A DNA stretch of 63,484 nt, counting the filler, from Stramenopiles sp. TOSAG23-3 (Eukaryota): assembly GCA_900128585.1 (NCBI GenBank). It is 43 parts of 43 records of this genome, joined end to end, with 100 filler letters (N's around TTAATTAATTAA, not from the genome) between each part and the next. Parts side by side here need not be neighbours in the genome. Positions count along the whole stretch, not along the records: positions 32,685 to 34,059 come from LT645944.1; positions 34,160 to 35,534 come from LT645945.1; positions 35,635 to 37,008 come from LT645946.1; positions 37,109 to 38,482 come from LT645947.1; positions 38,583 to 39,955 come from LT645948.1; positions 40,056 to 41,428 come from LT645949.1; positions 41,529 to 42,901 come from LT645950.1; positions 43,002 to 44,373 come from LT645951.1; 35 more parts are not named here. The stretch is one strand, 5' to 3'. The stretch's first letter is position 1, and each line of letters begins with the position of its first letter. The notes under the pieces were generated by a model. That model had not been told where the DNA came from and did no database searches. It saw only the letters and a list, made by a program, of their open reading frames with translations. Position numbers and translations under genes: made by a program. Shown here piece after piece: positions 33,349 through 45,945 of the stretch.

Positions 33349-33993
33349 CCGAGAAACCCAACTATGATGTAACTATGTAACTTAAACTATATATATGTAA
33401 CTATCCAACATCCAACTATAATAATACCAACTTAAACTACCAACTACACAGTCACTTACAATTTACAATTACCTGTAATTACCTCCATCACACAGCCTCC
33501 AGAGCCTCCAGCAGTATAACATATAGTAACATAAACAGTATAAAGTATAACAATTTAAATTACCTTCCCCTGAATAAAACGGTATAGATCCTTAATTATT
33601 ACTTGCAGTGGTACTTTGGGAAGATCCATTCTAATTCTGTCAGATTCTGTATATTATATCATGTATATTAAAAAATATCAGAACTTCATTCTGATTATAA
33701 GGATAATAGACCATGCTATTCTGATGATATATTTATACTAAATAAAATAAAAACAACCTAAAACAACAACCAAAAACACAACCAAAAATTAAATAATATC
33801 CAAAATTATTATTGATGGGGATATATGGATATTAAAGAGGTGCGTGTTGATGTGATGGTACAGAGAGAAGATAGTTTAGTCAAAAAATTACATAGAGAAA
33901 ACATTAATACAATATATATATATATATATATTTAGTTGGTTGATATCATCATATTCAGTTGTTGTTCGATTAGTAACATAATATATATATATT

Positions 33994-34059
33994 ATGAGTG
34001 ATTTAGCCGATGAAGTAAATAATATAGGTGGACATCAACGTGGTATTACACCAATGGAA
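33994..34059 (+). CDS. Probable 5' end of a gene divergent from 32747
   Basis: MSDLADEVNNIGGHQRGITPME, open to the contig edge. Confidence 0.4.
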
Positions 34060-34159
34060 NNNNNNNNNNNNNNNNNNNNNNNNNNNNNNNNNNNNNNNNN
34101 NNNTTAATTAATTAANNNNNNNNNNNNNNNNNNNNNNNNNNNNNNNNNNNNNNNNNNNN

Positions 34160-35534
34160 TTAACAATGTATGTTATAACCCAACTTCCGGAGACGTCAGT
34201 GGGGAAGGTAATGTTCCTCAAATGCACAATTATTGCACTCCGTCTACTACCTTGCTTAACAACGGCGATATGTCTTCTAACGCCAAGTTAGGTATTCCAC
34301 TGTTTTCAATACCGCCGTATTTTCGCGACAAAACCATTTATTTGTGTTTAGATGCTGGTGGAACTGGTACGCCTCAGTGTGCAACTGGAGGTTGTGCCAA
34401 AGGCAGCAAGGCAGATTCCAATGCCGAAAGTGCCCGGCTTGGACTTACAATGTACGGCTCGTTGCTAGATCAGTATAATCCTTCAAAGGCAATTACAATT
34501 TCTGCATGTGGTACACCAAATTTAGAAACCTCGGCATTATCAAGCACAGTCGACTATTTTCTTGGAAACAAACAGTATAAATTCATTTATTGCATAGGTG
34601 CCGCTTTAGCTTCCAAACATATATACCGAGGTTTCACGCACCAGGATTGTGCAAGTTTTTGTGAAAATTACACTTATTTTGCTCTAGGTACAAACAGATA
34701 TTTAGGGCGAAGTTGCAGTTGTGCCAATGATGTCCCTTCGCACTCGGGTTCTAATTCATGCAATGTAATTGATCAAAAATGTGGCGATTACACAAAGTCT
34801 CCGGTAGCTGAAAGTCATGCTTTATTTTTTAGGCCAAGCAACAACAGCAACTGGTTGCCTCCCAAGGGCATATGCATAATTGAAGACAAGAGCAATTTAC
34901 TCTCTGTTTTTGTTTATGCCCCTTCGAAACTATTTTTCAACGCCAAGTACTTTATGAAAGTAAGTGTAGGAAATTTTCAAATAATGGAATCCATGGGGTT
35001 GTACACAAACAATACAAAAATTGACTTCTCGAAACCAGCTTGCCCACTTGGTTGGACAGATTTGGGGATCGAAGGTGGCGAGAAATGTTACAGGCACTTT
35101 CCTGTCAAGGTAACATATTTTGACGCCCAACACGTATGCGAAACTAAGTACAACGGAACTCTAGCATCACCAACTTCAGCTGAAGAGATGAATGCAATAA
35201 ACGAAAAATTTACGTATTATTATGTTTGGATTCCGTTCACAGACGAAAAATCTGAAGGGGTGTGGAAATGGGATACAGGTGGCACAGACTTATTCGGAGC
35301 GTCTTGGCAATCTGGACAACCAAACGGTGGTAGTTCAGAAAACTGTTGCGTCATGAAGAATAAAATTCTCTGGGATGTGAAATGTAGTAGCATTCATTAC
35401 ATGTTTATGTGTGAAATTAACCGTTTTCATTGGATGAAAGGTGACTTTGATGTTGTTGCTACGACTTGTTCAAGTGATAGTTGTTCTCCAAATCGTATGA
35501 TTTTAAGTCTAGCTCCAGACTCAATTTGCAAAGA
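34160..35534 (+). CDS. Extracellular protein fragment with WSC-like and C-type lectin domains
   Basis: WSC-like THQDCASFCENYTYFALG...CSCAN. CTLD (35041-~35415) CPLGW...KCY...AQHVC...LAS...VWI...EGVWKW...WQSGQPNG...ENC...WDVKC...FMCE. Confidence 0.85.
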
Positions 35535-36391
35535 NNNNNNNNNNNNNNNNNNNNNNNNNNNNNNNNNNNNNNNNNNNNTTAATTAATTAANNNNNNNNNN
35601 NNNNNNNNNNNNNNNNNNNNNNNNNNNNNNNNNNAGGCCTTCTTCAACCGTGCCAATGCCATGCAACGCAGCAGGCCCCAAACTACACGGGGGAGAGCGG
35701 CCAACAAACAGAAAAATAAATTAAGAAAGAAAGAGGGATGCAGAAGAAAGCGCGCGCGCAAATCTACGGGTCCGCTGGGCGAAGAACCGAAACCATACGT
35801 AAACAAACAGACAGTTGTCTTCAATCAATAATAATTTTAATAATTATTAATATTAAAAAAATATGGAATGAGATCGTTGATGCTGATCGATAATATAATG
35901 CTTCTTCTTGATGATGATGATTTGAGTGTAACGAAAGTTCCATATTTTATTTTTCTATTTAAATGATAAAATATTATGCTGTGTTTATGTATTTATAACA
36001 GCTTTTCTCCTTTCCTCATTTAATTATGCTAGGAAAGGGAAGAAGGTATTTCATACATAGGAGGAATAGTATACTAAACTACTACAAACCTTCATTATTC
36101 TATTTTGATAGGATATAATATATGTATTTATAAATAAATTAGAATACATCAAAATAAGCTATTATATTTAGAGCTTATATAATAATTAAATTTTATTATA
36201 TTACGTAATAGTCGCGTTCTATTATTTCAACAACAAGGTATTTTCATCAAATTTGGCAATCGAATTGTTTTTTACACAAATACTCTTTTTTAACGCAATA
36301 CACAATCATCACATTATATACTCTCATCGTATATTATACTTCTTCGTATATTTATTAATTCTCTCCTTTCTCTTCTTTTTATTTTTACCTT

Positions 36392-37008
36392 TCACAGACT
36401 ACCGACTTGACTAACCGCGGAGGCCCCGTTGACAAACTCCCCAAGCTCTACGTCGTCGACGTACGAGGCGAGGGCGTACTCCCCGTTCAAACGCCCGTCG
36501 TCTTCCCCGGCAATTGCCGCCAATTCTTTCGAATCGAGCTCGTCCAACCCGACCGCCTGGACGACGGAGACGGTCACACCGTCGGAATTCGTAAAGGAGT
36601 AAGTGGACGGGGACACGGGGACAACGGGGGCCACCTTGGGCTGATCCGTTCCGGGGGCGTCGGCGTCGCTGCTGGCGCCACGGAGGCCACCTCCGTTTAT
36701 TTGCAATGGCACGACCACGGCGGACACGGCCACCGGGGCCTCCTTGCTGGTGGCGGCGTCTGCCGGCCGGGCCCGCTGGGCAGCGGTCGGGGAGGGGGAC
36801 GGCGTGGTGGACGAGGAAAGACTGGAAACGCTCGCGACAGGCTTCTTCGATAGGGCGAGTGCGTCGGCGGCGGCCTTGTCCGCGATCAGTTTGCTCTCGT
36901 TGTTCGCCTTCAGCCGCCGTCGACCGATGAACCAGCGCCGGACGAGCTTCTTCTCGACCCCGAGCCGCTCGGCGATCTGCTGGTACTGGAGGGGCGTCGG
37001 GTAGGTGT
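36392..37008 (-). CDS. Homeodomain protein (5' partial), divergent recognition helix
   Basis: TYPTPLQYQQIAERLGVEKKLVRRWFIGRRRLK in frame with ORF 36392-36733. Confidence 0.7.
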
Positions 37009-37108
37009 NNNNNNNNNNNNNNNNNNNNNNNNNNNNNNNNNNNNNNNNNNNNTTAATTAATTAANNNNNNNNNNNNNNNNNNNNNNNNNNNNNNNNNNNN
37101 NNNNNNNN

Positions 37109-37185
37109 CCGTCCGGGCAGGCCCATGCAGCGGTGAAGGCAAAGGCAAAGGCAGCACTCCAGAGAAGAATGCTTCGAATGGTCAT
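37109..37185 (-). CDS. 5' end of a secreted protein (signal peptide)
   Basis: MTIRSILLWSAAFAFAFTAAWA-CPD, open to the contig edge. Confidence 0.55.
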
Positions 37186-38582
37186 GTCGTTCAACTTAAG
37201 TAAACGAAGACATATAAAATAATCAACCTGATTACTGCGTTACCTTTCTTCTTGTGAGAGGGAAGAGGGAGGCATAATTTTAAATTGTGTGCTAGACGTC
37301 AGAAATTGATTATCCCATTCAAAAATATAATATTATTATGGCACTCAACCAGACGAGTGGAGAGACGAGTACGAGGATTATGATTGGGATGACGATCTGA
37401 TGATCAAATACCGCAATGGGGAAAAAAAACTAAAATATGACCAGTAACACAGCAGGTTGCAGGTTGCAGGTATTGAGACTGCTCCAAAAAAAGTCCGAGT
37501 CACAAGAGATGCTATTCGGATGTTACTAGGCTTATACAAGGACTTTAGTAAGGAGGAGTTGAGCGATTGGATCCTGGTATCCTGGTGTACCTCGTACTCA
37601 AGCTCTAAAAGAAGAGGAAGAAGAGGAAGAAGAGGAGGAAGTGATGATTAAAATTGGTTTGATATGAAATGTGAGATGATAGACAAAAAAACAATACAAA
37701 ATATGTACTTTAAAAAAATAAAATACGCTACGATGTACCGTGATAAAAGACTACAATACTTTCCTATCAAAAACACAGTTAAACCACAATAATTCTCAAT
37801 CAAACGCATTTCTTTCACATTGCAACTTTTTTTGTTAAAAAATATGGTTTAAGTATCCCATTGAACAAGGGAAATCATCAATGGTGCTTCTTTGGCAGTT
37901 CCGTGGTTCAGCAGTCATAAAAGAAATTGACTCTATCATGAAAAACAAAACGACGAATCAATTAGATGTATCTTTGCCTGTGTCGTATTTTGACGAGGGC
38001 GAAGCAGGTATGATATTAAAATAAATACGCATACCCTCTGTATATAATTTTGTTTTTTCAAAAAAATAAATACGCGTGTAATAAACAGAACATATTCATT
38101 TTCGCAGTACACGCATGAGGATTAAATTTTAATCTTGCTACTTTGCACTTATATAATAAAAACAGCTATATTATAATGTTTTGTTTTTTTAAAAAGTTTA
38201 AAATTATCACAACTTTGATGAAGGCTATGATACGCATTTAATCCAACTTTTCAGGAATTTTATTAAACTTTACGTCATTCATAGCATAGGTAAACTTATA
38301 TGAAACTGATATGGTAAGAGTATCAAACGATTTTGACCCCCAACTTTCCGACAACCTTTCCATGGTAGCTGGCATTGAAGGCGCCGACGATGTCTGCCAA
38401 CGGCCTATGTGCCTATACGTGTCTTTTATTGCTTTATTCTTCTATTGCGTGTTCGGTCCCACAGGGACAACTTCCTTTTGCGNNNNNNNNNNNNNNNNNN
38501 NNNNNNNNNNNNNNNNNNNNNNNNNNTTAATTAATTAANNNNNNNNNNNNNNNNNNNNNNNNNNNNNNNNNNNNNNNNNNNN

Positions 38583-38845
38583 AAGAAGAAGAAGAAGAAG
38601 AAGAAGAAGAAGAAGAAGAAGAAGAAGAAGAAGAAGAAAGAAGAAGAAAAAAGAAGAAGAAGAAAGAAGAAGAAAAAGAAGAAGAAAAAGAAAAAGAAAA
38701 AGAAGAAAGAAGAAGAAGAACAAGAAAGAAGAAAGAAGAAGAAGAAGAAAGAAGAAGAAAAAGAAGAAGAAGAAGAAGAAAGAAGAAGAAGAAGAAGAAG
38801 AAGAAGAGAGAAGAAAGAAGAAGAAGAAAGAAGAAGAAGAAGAAG
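38583..38845 (+). repeat. (GAA)n / purine-rich microsatellite
   Basis: Long GAA run with GAAA interruptions. Confidence 0.95.
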
Positions 38846-39257
38846 GAGTATAATTTATAGTTGTTGTTTCTTCTTCTTTTTTCTTCCTCATTTCTGAGTA
38901 TAATAATATAGGAGTAGCATTGTAAAAATAGCCTTGTATGTAATAGGTACGAAAACACAATTAGAATACAAGTAGAAGGACTATAATAACGAACAACCGC
39001 GGGTAAGAATAATCTTCCTGCTGGGAGAGAAGAGATTTAGTAATTATTAAAATAGCTTCTTCCTCATATATACTCTACCGCGAAACTGAATCTACTCAGG
39101 ATTTGTCCATTAGAGGTTTACATTCCTTCAATTCAATGTTGTTAAATTTATTGAATTAACCAACAAGTTTTTTAATAAAAACAAATTATAAAACAAATTA
39201 TATAAAAACAAATTACATAATATATGCCTTAAGACATAGCGTATTTGATAATTAACT

Positions 39258-39955
39258 TTAACACTGTCCTCTTTTGTTTGAACTCATTAACAACCTTCGC
39301 CGTCTTCCAAGTACATGTCCATACTCTGCTGAATACAAACTCCCCCGCACAGTGTACAGGTACTCCAACGGTTGCCTGTTGTAAGGGTGTAACACCTGCC
39401 GTGGTGTGCATTTCTCCCGTTTGCAGACGCTGAACTCTTTGGTGTCTTCACAGCATTCCTCCAAATCCTCGTACACTTTTACGCTAATTTCTGTTCGAGG
39501 AAGGTAGGGAACGCCATCCTCGTTCCTGCTGCGACCGCACGTCGGCAATTCCTTCATCAAATACCCATTTTTCGAAGTTTTGTCTAAATGCACAATGAAC
39601 ATTACATTTCCATCGATGTTTTGCACGGAAATATCTTTTGCTGCGAACAATTTCGACGGGCAATGATCGTGGACTTCAAACCGTGCTTTATGATTTAGCT
39701 CTTTTGCCTTGGATGTTGGAATGTGGCTGTCATCGATATGAACGAAAGCAAAGTTTAAGACGTCTTCGTGCACCAAATCGACACGATCGTACCCTTGGCA
39801 GAAGGTGTTCAAATTGTCCCGTAATTCCGAAAAGCTGTTGAAGGTGAGGGCCGGGCATGTCTCCCTCTCTGGAGCTTTGCTTTTTTTAGTGGCGTTCTGG
39901 AGTTTTAATTCAAAGTTCTTCTTGGTCTCAACCATTTGAGACTTCATCATGATGA
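39258..39955 (-). CDS. Uncharacterised Cys-containing protein, C-terminal part ending GRRRRLL...C
   Basis: 230-aa ORF open from the contig edge; no recognised domain. Confidence 0.6.
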
Positions 39956-40559
39956 NNNNNNNNNNNNNNNNNNNNNNNNNNNNNNNNNNNNNNNNNNNNT
40001 TAATTAATTAANNNNNNNNNNNNNNNNNNNNNNNNNNNNNNNNNNNNNNNNNNNNTTTTTTTAAAAAGACGAAAAAATCGAAAATGACACTTGCTCCCCC
40101 TTAATAATATATTTTTTTTTTTTATAAAAATATTATTTCTTCTTTCTTCTTCTTCTTCTTCTTCTTTTATTATTATAATCGGTCCTCCCTGCTGCTGCCT
40201 CCTGTCCTTCTTTCTTGCTATGCTGCTTCTCCTTAAAAAAATAATTTTTATTTATTTTATTTTAGATATTAATACTACCAGTGTACGGTACCTGTACCGG
40301 TACTCCTCCTTTTATATTTAAGTACAATACCTCACTCTCGTCTCTCGTCTCGTGACCTCCTCCTCTCCTCCGTCTTATCGTCTTATCCAAAAAAAAAATT
40401 ATTATTTATTATAAATTATTTTATATTGTACCAGGTACTCGTCGAATTAATATTATACCGTAGTAGTAGGGGGTGGGGGGGGAAACGGTAAATAAAAAAC
40501 GCTTTCACGAAAATGTGTTTGTCATGGTTAATCAACGAATATGACACGCGAATGTATGC

Positions 40560-41114
40560 TCATAGTCTTGGGACACCGTAGTTTTTTATTAAATTTTCAG
40601 TGAATGGTTTCGCGAAGCTCTCACCAAGTTGGGCCAGTCCTAAAAACCTTCCTAATGAATCCACGTGGCCGTCTGTAAACTGGCCGTAAACAATGTCGTA
40701 AATCAAGGCAACCATCAGTAGCAGAAAGATTAAGCTGTAAATCAAAATACGATAGATCGCTTTTCTTTTTCGCTTTCTTAATGTACCTGGTTTGTACACC
40801 TCCGTTGGGTCTATTGTGTGCTCTCCTCTCATGTACCGTCGTATATTGTACCCAGACATTAGGCAGCAAAAGAAAAAGAGAGAAAACTGCTTCAAAGGTA
40901 CAGCGATAAGGACCGTGCAAATAACGTTCAGAATAATTTCCACATAGGAGCACCCGTTCAAGTCCTCTGCTACGCTAGACGGATTGTTGTCCGAATTCTC
41001 AGCCTCTGAGTATATGTTCAATTGAAATCCAGCCAGTGCCACGACAACCCCAGATATGAACCAAGTGATCGTCCAGATCAAGATGTTTATCATTAAGCCA
41101 AACGTAGCTGACAT
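40560..41114 (-). CDS. CNIH: Cornichon/Erv14 family ER cargo receptor
   Basis: Three TM segments; YSEAENSDNNPSS...LN and IDPTEVY motifs. Confidence 0.75.
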   Translation of the reverse strand: MSATFGLMINILIWTITWFISGVVVALAGFQLNIYSEAENSDNNPSSVAEDLNGCSYVEIILNVICTVLIAVPLKQFSLFFFCCLMSGYNIRRYMRGEHTIDPTEVYKPGTLRKRKRKAIYRILIYSLIFLLLMVALIYDIVYGQFTDGHVDSLGRFLGLAQLGESFAKPFTENLIKNYGVPRL

Positions 41115-41837
41115 TCTATTTGAGGGCGGTATTGCTCCTTGCCTATCCTATTTTCTTCCCAACCAATACCTCCTCCAACGGTACCACAACAACAGTGAGT
41201 CCGATCAAAATCCTCAATCAATCAAAACGATAAATATTAAACCGTTCGTAATTACATGTCAGTCCTATTCATATCTTCCAAAAAGATACTAATACAAACT
41301 AAATCTATATCGAGTTACTGGCTTAAAGCCAAAGTATCAAAACACTCAGAGCAATTCTCCTTTTTATATATATTTTAGATTATTATCACTTCAGATATCG
41401 AGATGATTGTTGGTTGTTTTTTTTTTTTNNNNNNNNNNNNNNNNNNNNNNNNNNNNNNNNNNNNNNNNNNNNTTAATTAATTAANNNNNNNNNNNNNNNN
41501 NNNNNNNNNNNNNNNNNNNNNNNNNNNNAGAGCTGAGGTTTTGTACCCCAGAAATTGCCGAGAAAATTTTCCCAGAACATACCAGGACCGCGGACAATTG
41601 GCCGGTAAAGATGGAGAAGAGCGCGGCCGGCGGGGGCTCCAGCAGCGGGGCTGCGTCTGCGAAAAAGTAAAATTGAAAAAAAGAAAGAAGCCCCAGGGGT
41701 GTGCAGGAGATGGACGACCCCCGTGGACTTTGCAGCGCAAGGCGTGGAACTTAAATAAAGATATATAATTACTTTTAAATCAGCATATAGTGTTTTGAAA
41801 TTTGTTTATTAAAATTAATCTGCGTGCGTGTCAGATT

Positions 41838-42901
41838 TCACTGTTCGATACTCAACGCAAAGTTATGGATAAGGCCACTCGTCAATTTCGTGCCTTTCCC
41901 ATCGTTCAAGAAATGGTCTCGCAGCGGGAACTCCTTTGAACACAAGTTGTAAGTGCTCAGAGATGCGCGCAAATCTTCATGGTTGGCTTGGCCGTAGTTC
42001 CCTTTTCGTCGCTTTTGCATCTCGGTGTTCATCTCGCAACAGCCTCGCTGCCTTGTCATAAAAATACATCGACGCAATCAATTGGGGGATGGGTCTTTTT
42101 TGGTCTCCAAATTGTGTCTCGAGCCCAGCCAGCTATTCCATGTGCGTTTGGAATATTGAATAGCCCTGGCTCGTGGGTGCATGTCCCGGTCCATACAGAG
42201 ACCATCGCTCCAATGAAGATTTCGTTGGAAGTGCCAGAGTGTTGGTGTAAACTTAACCCGCTTCCAGCAGCCCAATTTTCAATCTTAAATGCGTTCCTTC
42301 AAATGCCATTTTGTCTCTGAAGTCGGGCGGAGGCTGGTAGCTGTCCATTGGACTTCATTTCTCTAAGCACACTCTGAAGAAAATGGCCATCAACGGAGTC
42401 CGCAAAGACTGTAAGTCCAGCATATGTTTCCGACATCACATCTTTTATATATTTTCAAAGAATGTGTGTTGGTTGATTTTGGCAATTGATTTTCTTTTTC
42501 AGTTAATCTTGGCCATTTCTCGCTTTTCATTCGCAGCAATTTGTTTCAAAAATGTCATGTCACCACCATCACGCGCTTCAATAGCGTACAGCATGTGGAG
42601 TTTTCCTTTGACTCGTTTTTTAATGGCGCTGACTTTCTTCTCGAGGCGCTTTTCTTTTGCCCCCGTGACGCTGTGGTACACGCGGATGGCATCCCCGAGG
42701 GCATACTCGTACCCTTCTTTCAACTCCTGGTTTCGTCTGGGATAGCTCGGTATTTTCTTTATAATGGACTTCAGTTGTGCTATTCGGTGCTCTAAAAATG
42801 ATCTCATGTGTTGCCTTTGCTTAAAGGGTTGGCCGTGTTTTGGGTGGTCCACCTGCACCTGTCCAAATTTGTTCAGATGCCCGCCAACTCTCCACGTCGA
42901 T
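41838..42901 (-). pseudogene. Degraded coding sequence of unknown family
   Basis: A protein-like frame (42499-42858) resumes after a stop and a frame change as KDVMSETYAGLTVFADSVDGHFLQ...GWARDTIW, broken by several TGA/TAA codons. Confidence 0.4.
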
Positions 42902-43001
42902 NNNNNNNNNNNNNNNNNNNNNNNNNNNNNNNNNNNNNNNNNNNNTTAATTAATTAANNNNNNNNNNNNNNNNNNNNNNNNNNNNNNNNNNNNNNNNNNN
43001 N

Positions 43002-43046
43002 ACTCAAACATGCCATCACCATGCTCTCCTCGCTCTAATCGAAGCC
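43002..43046. repeat. 45-bp inverted copy of 43474-43518 at the contig start
   Basis: Exact reverse complement of ggcttcgattagagcgaggagagcatggtgatggcatgtttgagt. Confidence 0.95.
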
Positions 43047-44108
43047 CTCAAAGGGGAGTTACAAAAATTGATGGTGACGCTTCTGGGTCTGCAAAGTGAC
43101 ACGTCAGAAGTTCCCGACCTGAAACTGGCTAAAATGCGACTTGAACAAGACTTACTCAACGAGCGAGCAAAATGCCAGGCGCGTAAAAAAACATTAAAAA
43201 TGTACGACTTTATACTCTCACAGGGAGCCGATGTAAATGCATTGCTGAAAACGGACGAGTCACCGCTTCACATTGCTTGTTATATTGGAAGACCAGAGAT
43301 TGCAAAGTTGTTGTTAGAAAAAGGCGCAAAGCCGGACGAGCCGGACAAAGCCGGGTGGGCCCCTATCCATTGGGCATGCTTGAATGGACATGATAAATGC
43401 GTCGACATCCTTCTGGAGCACGACATCGACTTAACGCGAAAGGTGGGAAATTTGCTCCCCTTCGATTTATGTAGGCTTCGATTAGAGCGAGGAGAGCATG
43501 GTGATGGCATGTTTGAGTACGAGCCTGATCCTTGGACTGGCGTGGAGAAGGATCGATCTGTATTTCACAAAATCTGTTCTAAAATAGAAACATTAGAGCA
43601 AGAGCAGAGAGAGCGCGAGAAGGAAGCAAAGCGCGAAGCGCGGAGGATCAGATGGCCCGGGGACCCTTTGTACGATAGAAAAATGAGGAAAAAAGTATAC
43701 TGTACAAGGTGTCGCCAGGGTTACAGGAGCGTCTCTAAGCAACGAGGTATATGTATGGAGTGCAGAGAAAACGACGCCGAAACAGCGAGGAAAGATGAAT
43801 TCGAAAGGAGGGCAGAAATACGAGAACTTGAGCGAAAAATGATGCGGGAAAAGAAAAAGAGGAAAAAATGGGAACGATTGATGATACGCTCTTCTGAGTT
43901 ATACCCCGAAGTGACTGCTGAGGAAGAAGCATACCTCTTGTGGGATAGCACGCTCCGAGTTCTGCTGAAAGAGGCTGAGGAGTACGACCTGGAGACCGAG
44001 GCACGTTACTACAAAGCTATACTCCACCTTGACCCTGAATCCTACAATGATCGTTTGGAAGGAAGGTTTGAATCCATCGTGAATAAAGAACCAATACCGA
44101 ACTACTAA
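43047..44108 (+). CDS. Ankyrin-repeat protein with C4 Zn ribbon and coiled coil (5' partial)
   Basis: ESPLHIAC...LLEKGA, GWAPIHWAC...; CTRC...CMEC. Confidence 0.8.
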   Translation, partial: LKGELQKLMVTLLGLQSDTSEVPDLKLAKMRLEQDLLNERAKCQARKKTLKMYDFILSQGADVNALLKTDESPLHIACYIGRPEIAKLLLEKGAKPDEPDKAGWAPIHWACLNGHDKCVDILLEHDIDLTRKVGNLLPFDLCRLRLERGEHGDGMFEYEPDPWTGVEKDRSVFHKICSKIETLEQEQREREKEAKREARRIRWPGDPLYDRKMRKKVYCTRCRQGYRSVSKQRGICMECRENDAETARKDEFERRAEIRELERKMMREKKKRKKWERLMIRSSELYPEVTAEEEAYLLWDSTLRVLLKEAEEYDLETEARYYKAILHLDPESYNDRLEGRFESIVNKEPIPNY

Positions 44109-44473
44109 ATACAACCGAAGACGACTGCCGTATCACAGGTGTTGTGATCCTGTGGATAATTCTTTCTACATGAACATACAACGCCTATATTATTAAATAA
44201 AATTCACGGAAGAAGAAGCTCTAGTACTGGTAACGGTAGTGACCCCACCAGTTCTCCTCGTTTCGTCCTCAGAAGAAAACTAAACTCCTGAAGAAAAAAA
44301 AAACAATGAACTCTGGGGTAGAGAGAGAGTTAAAGATAGGGTTATATATATACTATGCTACGCAATGTAACCANNNNNNNNNNNNNNNNNNNNNNNNNNN
44401 NNNNNNNNNNNNNNNNNTTAATTAATTAANNNNNNNNNNNNNNNNNNNNNNNNNNNNNNNNNNNNNNNNNNNN

Positions 44474-45063
44474 CGGTTCGTATGGTAAAAGGCTTCCTCG
44501 ACGCCGTCGCCGTGGTGGATGTCAATGTCCAGGTAGAGCACACGCTCGTGCTTCTTGAGCAGCTCGAGGATGGCAAGAACTATGTCGTTGACGTAACAAA
44601 ACCCGCTGGCCTCGCTCTTCTTCGCGTGGTGCATCCCCCCGGACCAGTTCACGACTATGTCGCTCTTCTTCGCGTTCAAGCGCGCGGCCGCACAGAGCGA
44701 CGCGCCCGAGTACACCTGGCAGTACTCGTAAAGGTCTGAAAATATCGGGCAGTCGTCCTGGCCGACGTTGAACCGTTCCATCTGGTTCGCGTACCGGTGC
44801 TCGCTGTCCGGGGTGCAGAGGCGCAGAAAGTCTAGATAGTCGTCCTTGTGGAACCGGTTCATCTCGTCCTTGGACGCCTTCAAAGGCCGGAACACGTTCA
44901 TCTGCCTATACAACCCGTAATTCACTAGCAAGTGGTGGGTCAGGCGGACTCGATGGGGCTTCATCGGGTGCGCACTTCCGTAGTAATAGTTCCCAATATC
45001 CGGGTCATAGAAATACTCCACCTTTCGCTTAAACCCACCATTGGGGTCAACAATCGCAGCCAT
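44474..45063 (-). CDS. HDAC1: Class I histone deacetylase (RPD3/HDAC1/2), 3' partial
   Basis: [55 protein letters not shown]. Confidence 0.95.
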
Positions 45064-45945
45064 CAACGTATGTATGTATATATATTATATATCTATTATA
45101 GATATAGATAGATAAATATTCCAAACAAAGAGTTTGTATATATTGTATATATATGCCTGTGTGTGCGTTTATGTATTTTGCAAACACACACACTCGTGGA
45201 CGTTCCACTTCTATGGTTTGGTGGGGGATCTTCTTCTACTACCGTAGCAAGTATTAATAACTCATCTATAGACTATATATTTGGCGCCTTCCTTTCTTCT
45301 TTCTTTGGTGGAGGAGGGAGGAGGAGCTTTCTTTCTTTCTTTTTTCTTTTTTTCTTTCTTCTTTTTTCTTTTCTTTCTTCTTCTTTTCTTTCTTCTTTTT
45401 TTCTTCTTCTTCTTTTTTTTCTTTATTTGTCCGTCCCTCCTATTTCAGATTTCTTCAGATTTCATATTTATACTTATATTATTAAATATACTACTATATC
45501 AAACTAAGTAGTGACCAAGCGCATGTATTGGATAAAGCGGTAGAAATACTACGAAAAATATCAGTTACAATTGATAGAATAGAGAAACAACAGATGACTA
45601 TGCTTAGTTTGATTGTTGAGAACAACGCTTCTTCTGGAGCCCATCATTAGTCTTTTTGAGACGCGTTTGAATATACTCCAATGTACCATCTATCACCTCA
45701 TACGGACCATCAAAAAAGATAGTCTTTATTAAAGGACCTATCCAAAATCTAAATATAAAAAACTGTACTATGAATATGGTGTGTTTGCAAAGATATATGC
45801 TTTGTTTACACTATATGCACCGACAATAGCGTAGTTGTCCGTAATNNNNNNNNNNNNNNNNNNNNNNNNNNNNNNNNNNNNNNNNNNNNTTAATTAATTA
45901 ANNNNNNNNNNNNNNNNNNNNNNNNNNNNNNNNNNNNNNNNNNNN

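Noticed and set aside
38527-38960. Poly-Phe/Ser/Leu ORFs (also 8900-9106, 45163-45511, 57310-57537)
   Set aside because: These are translations of GAA/GAAA microsatellites.
43002-43046. Inverted 45-bp repeat as a transposon TIR
   Set aside because: It is a reversed piece of the ankyrin CDS at a contig tip, the usual fold-back chimera signature.
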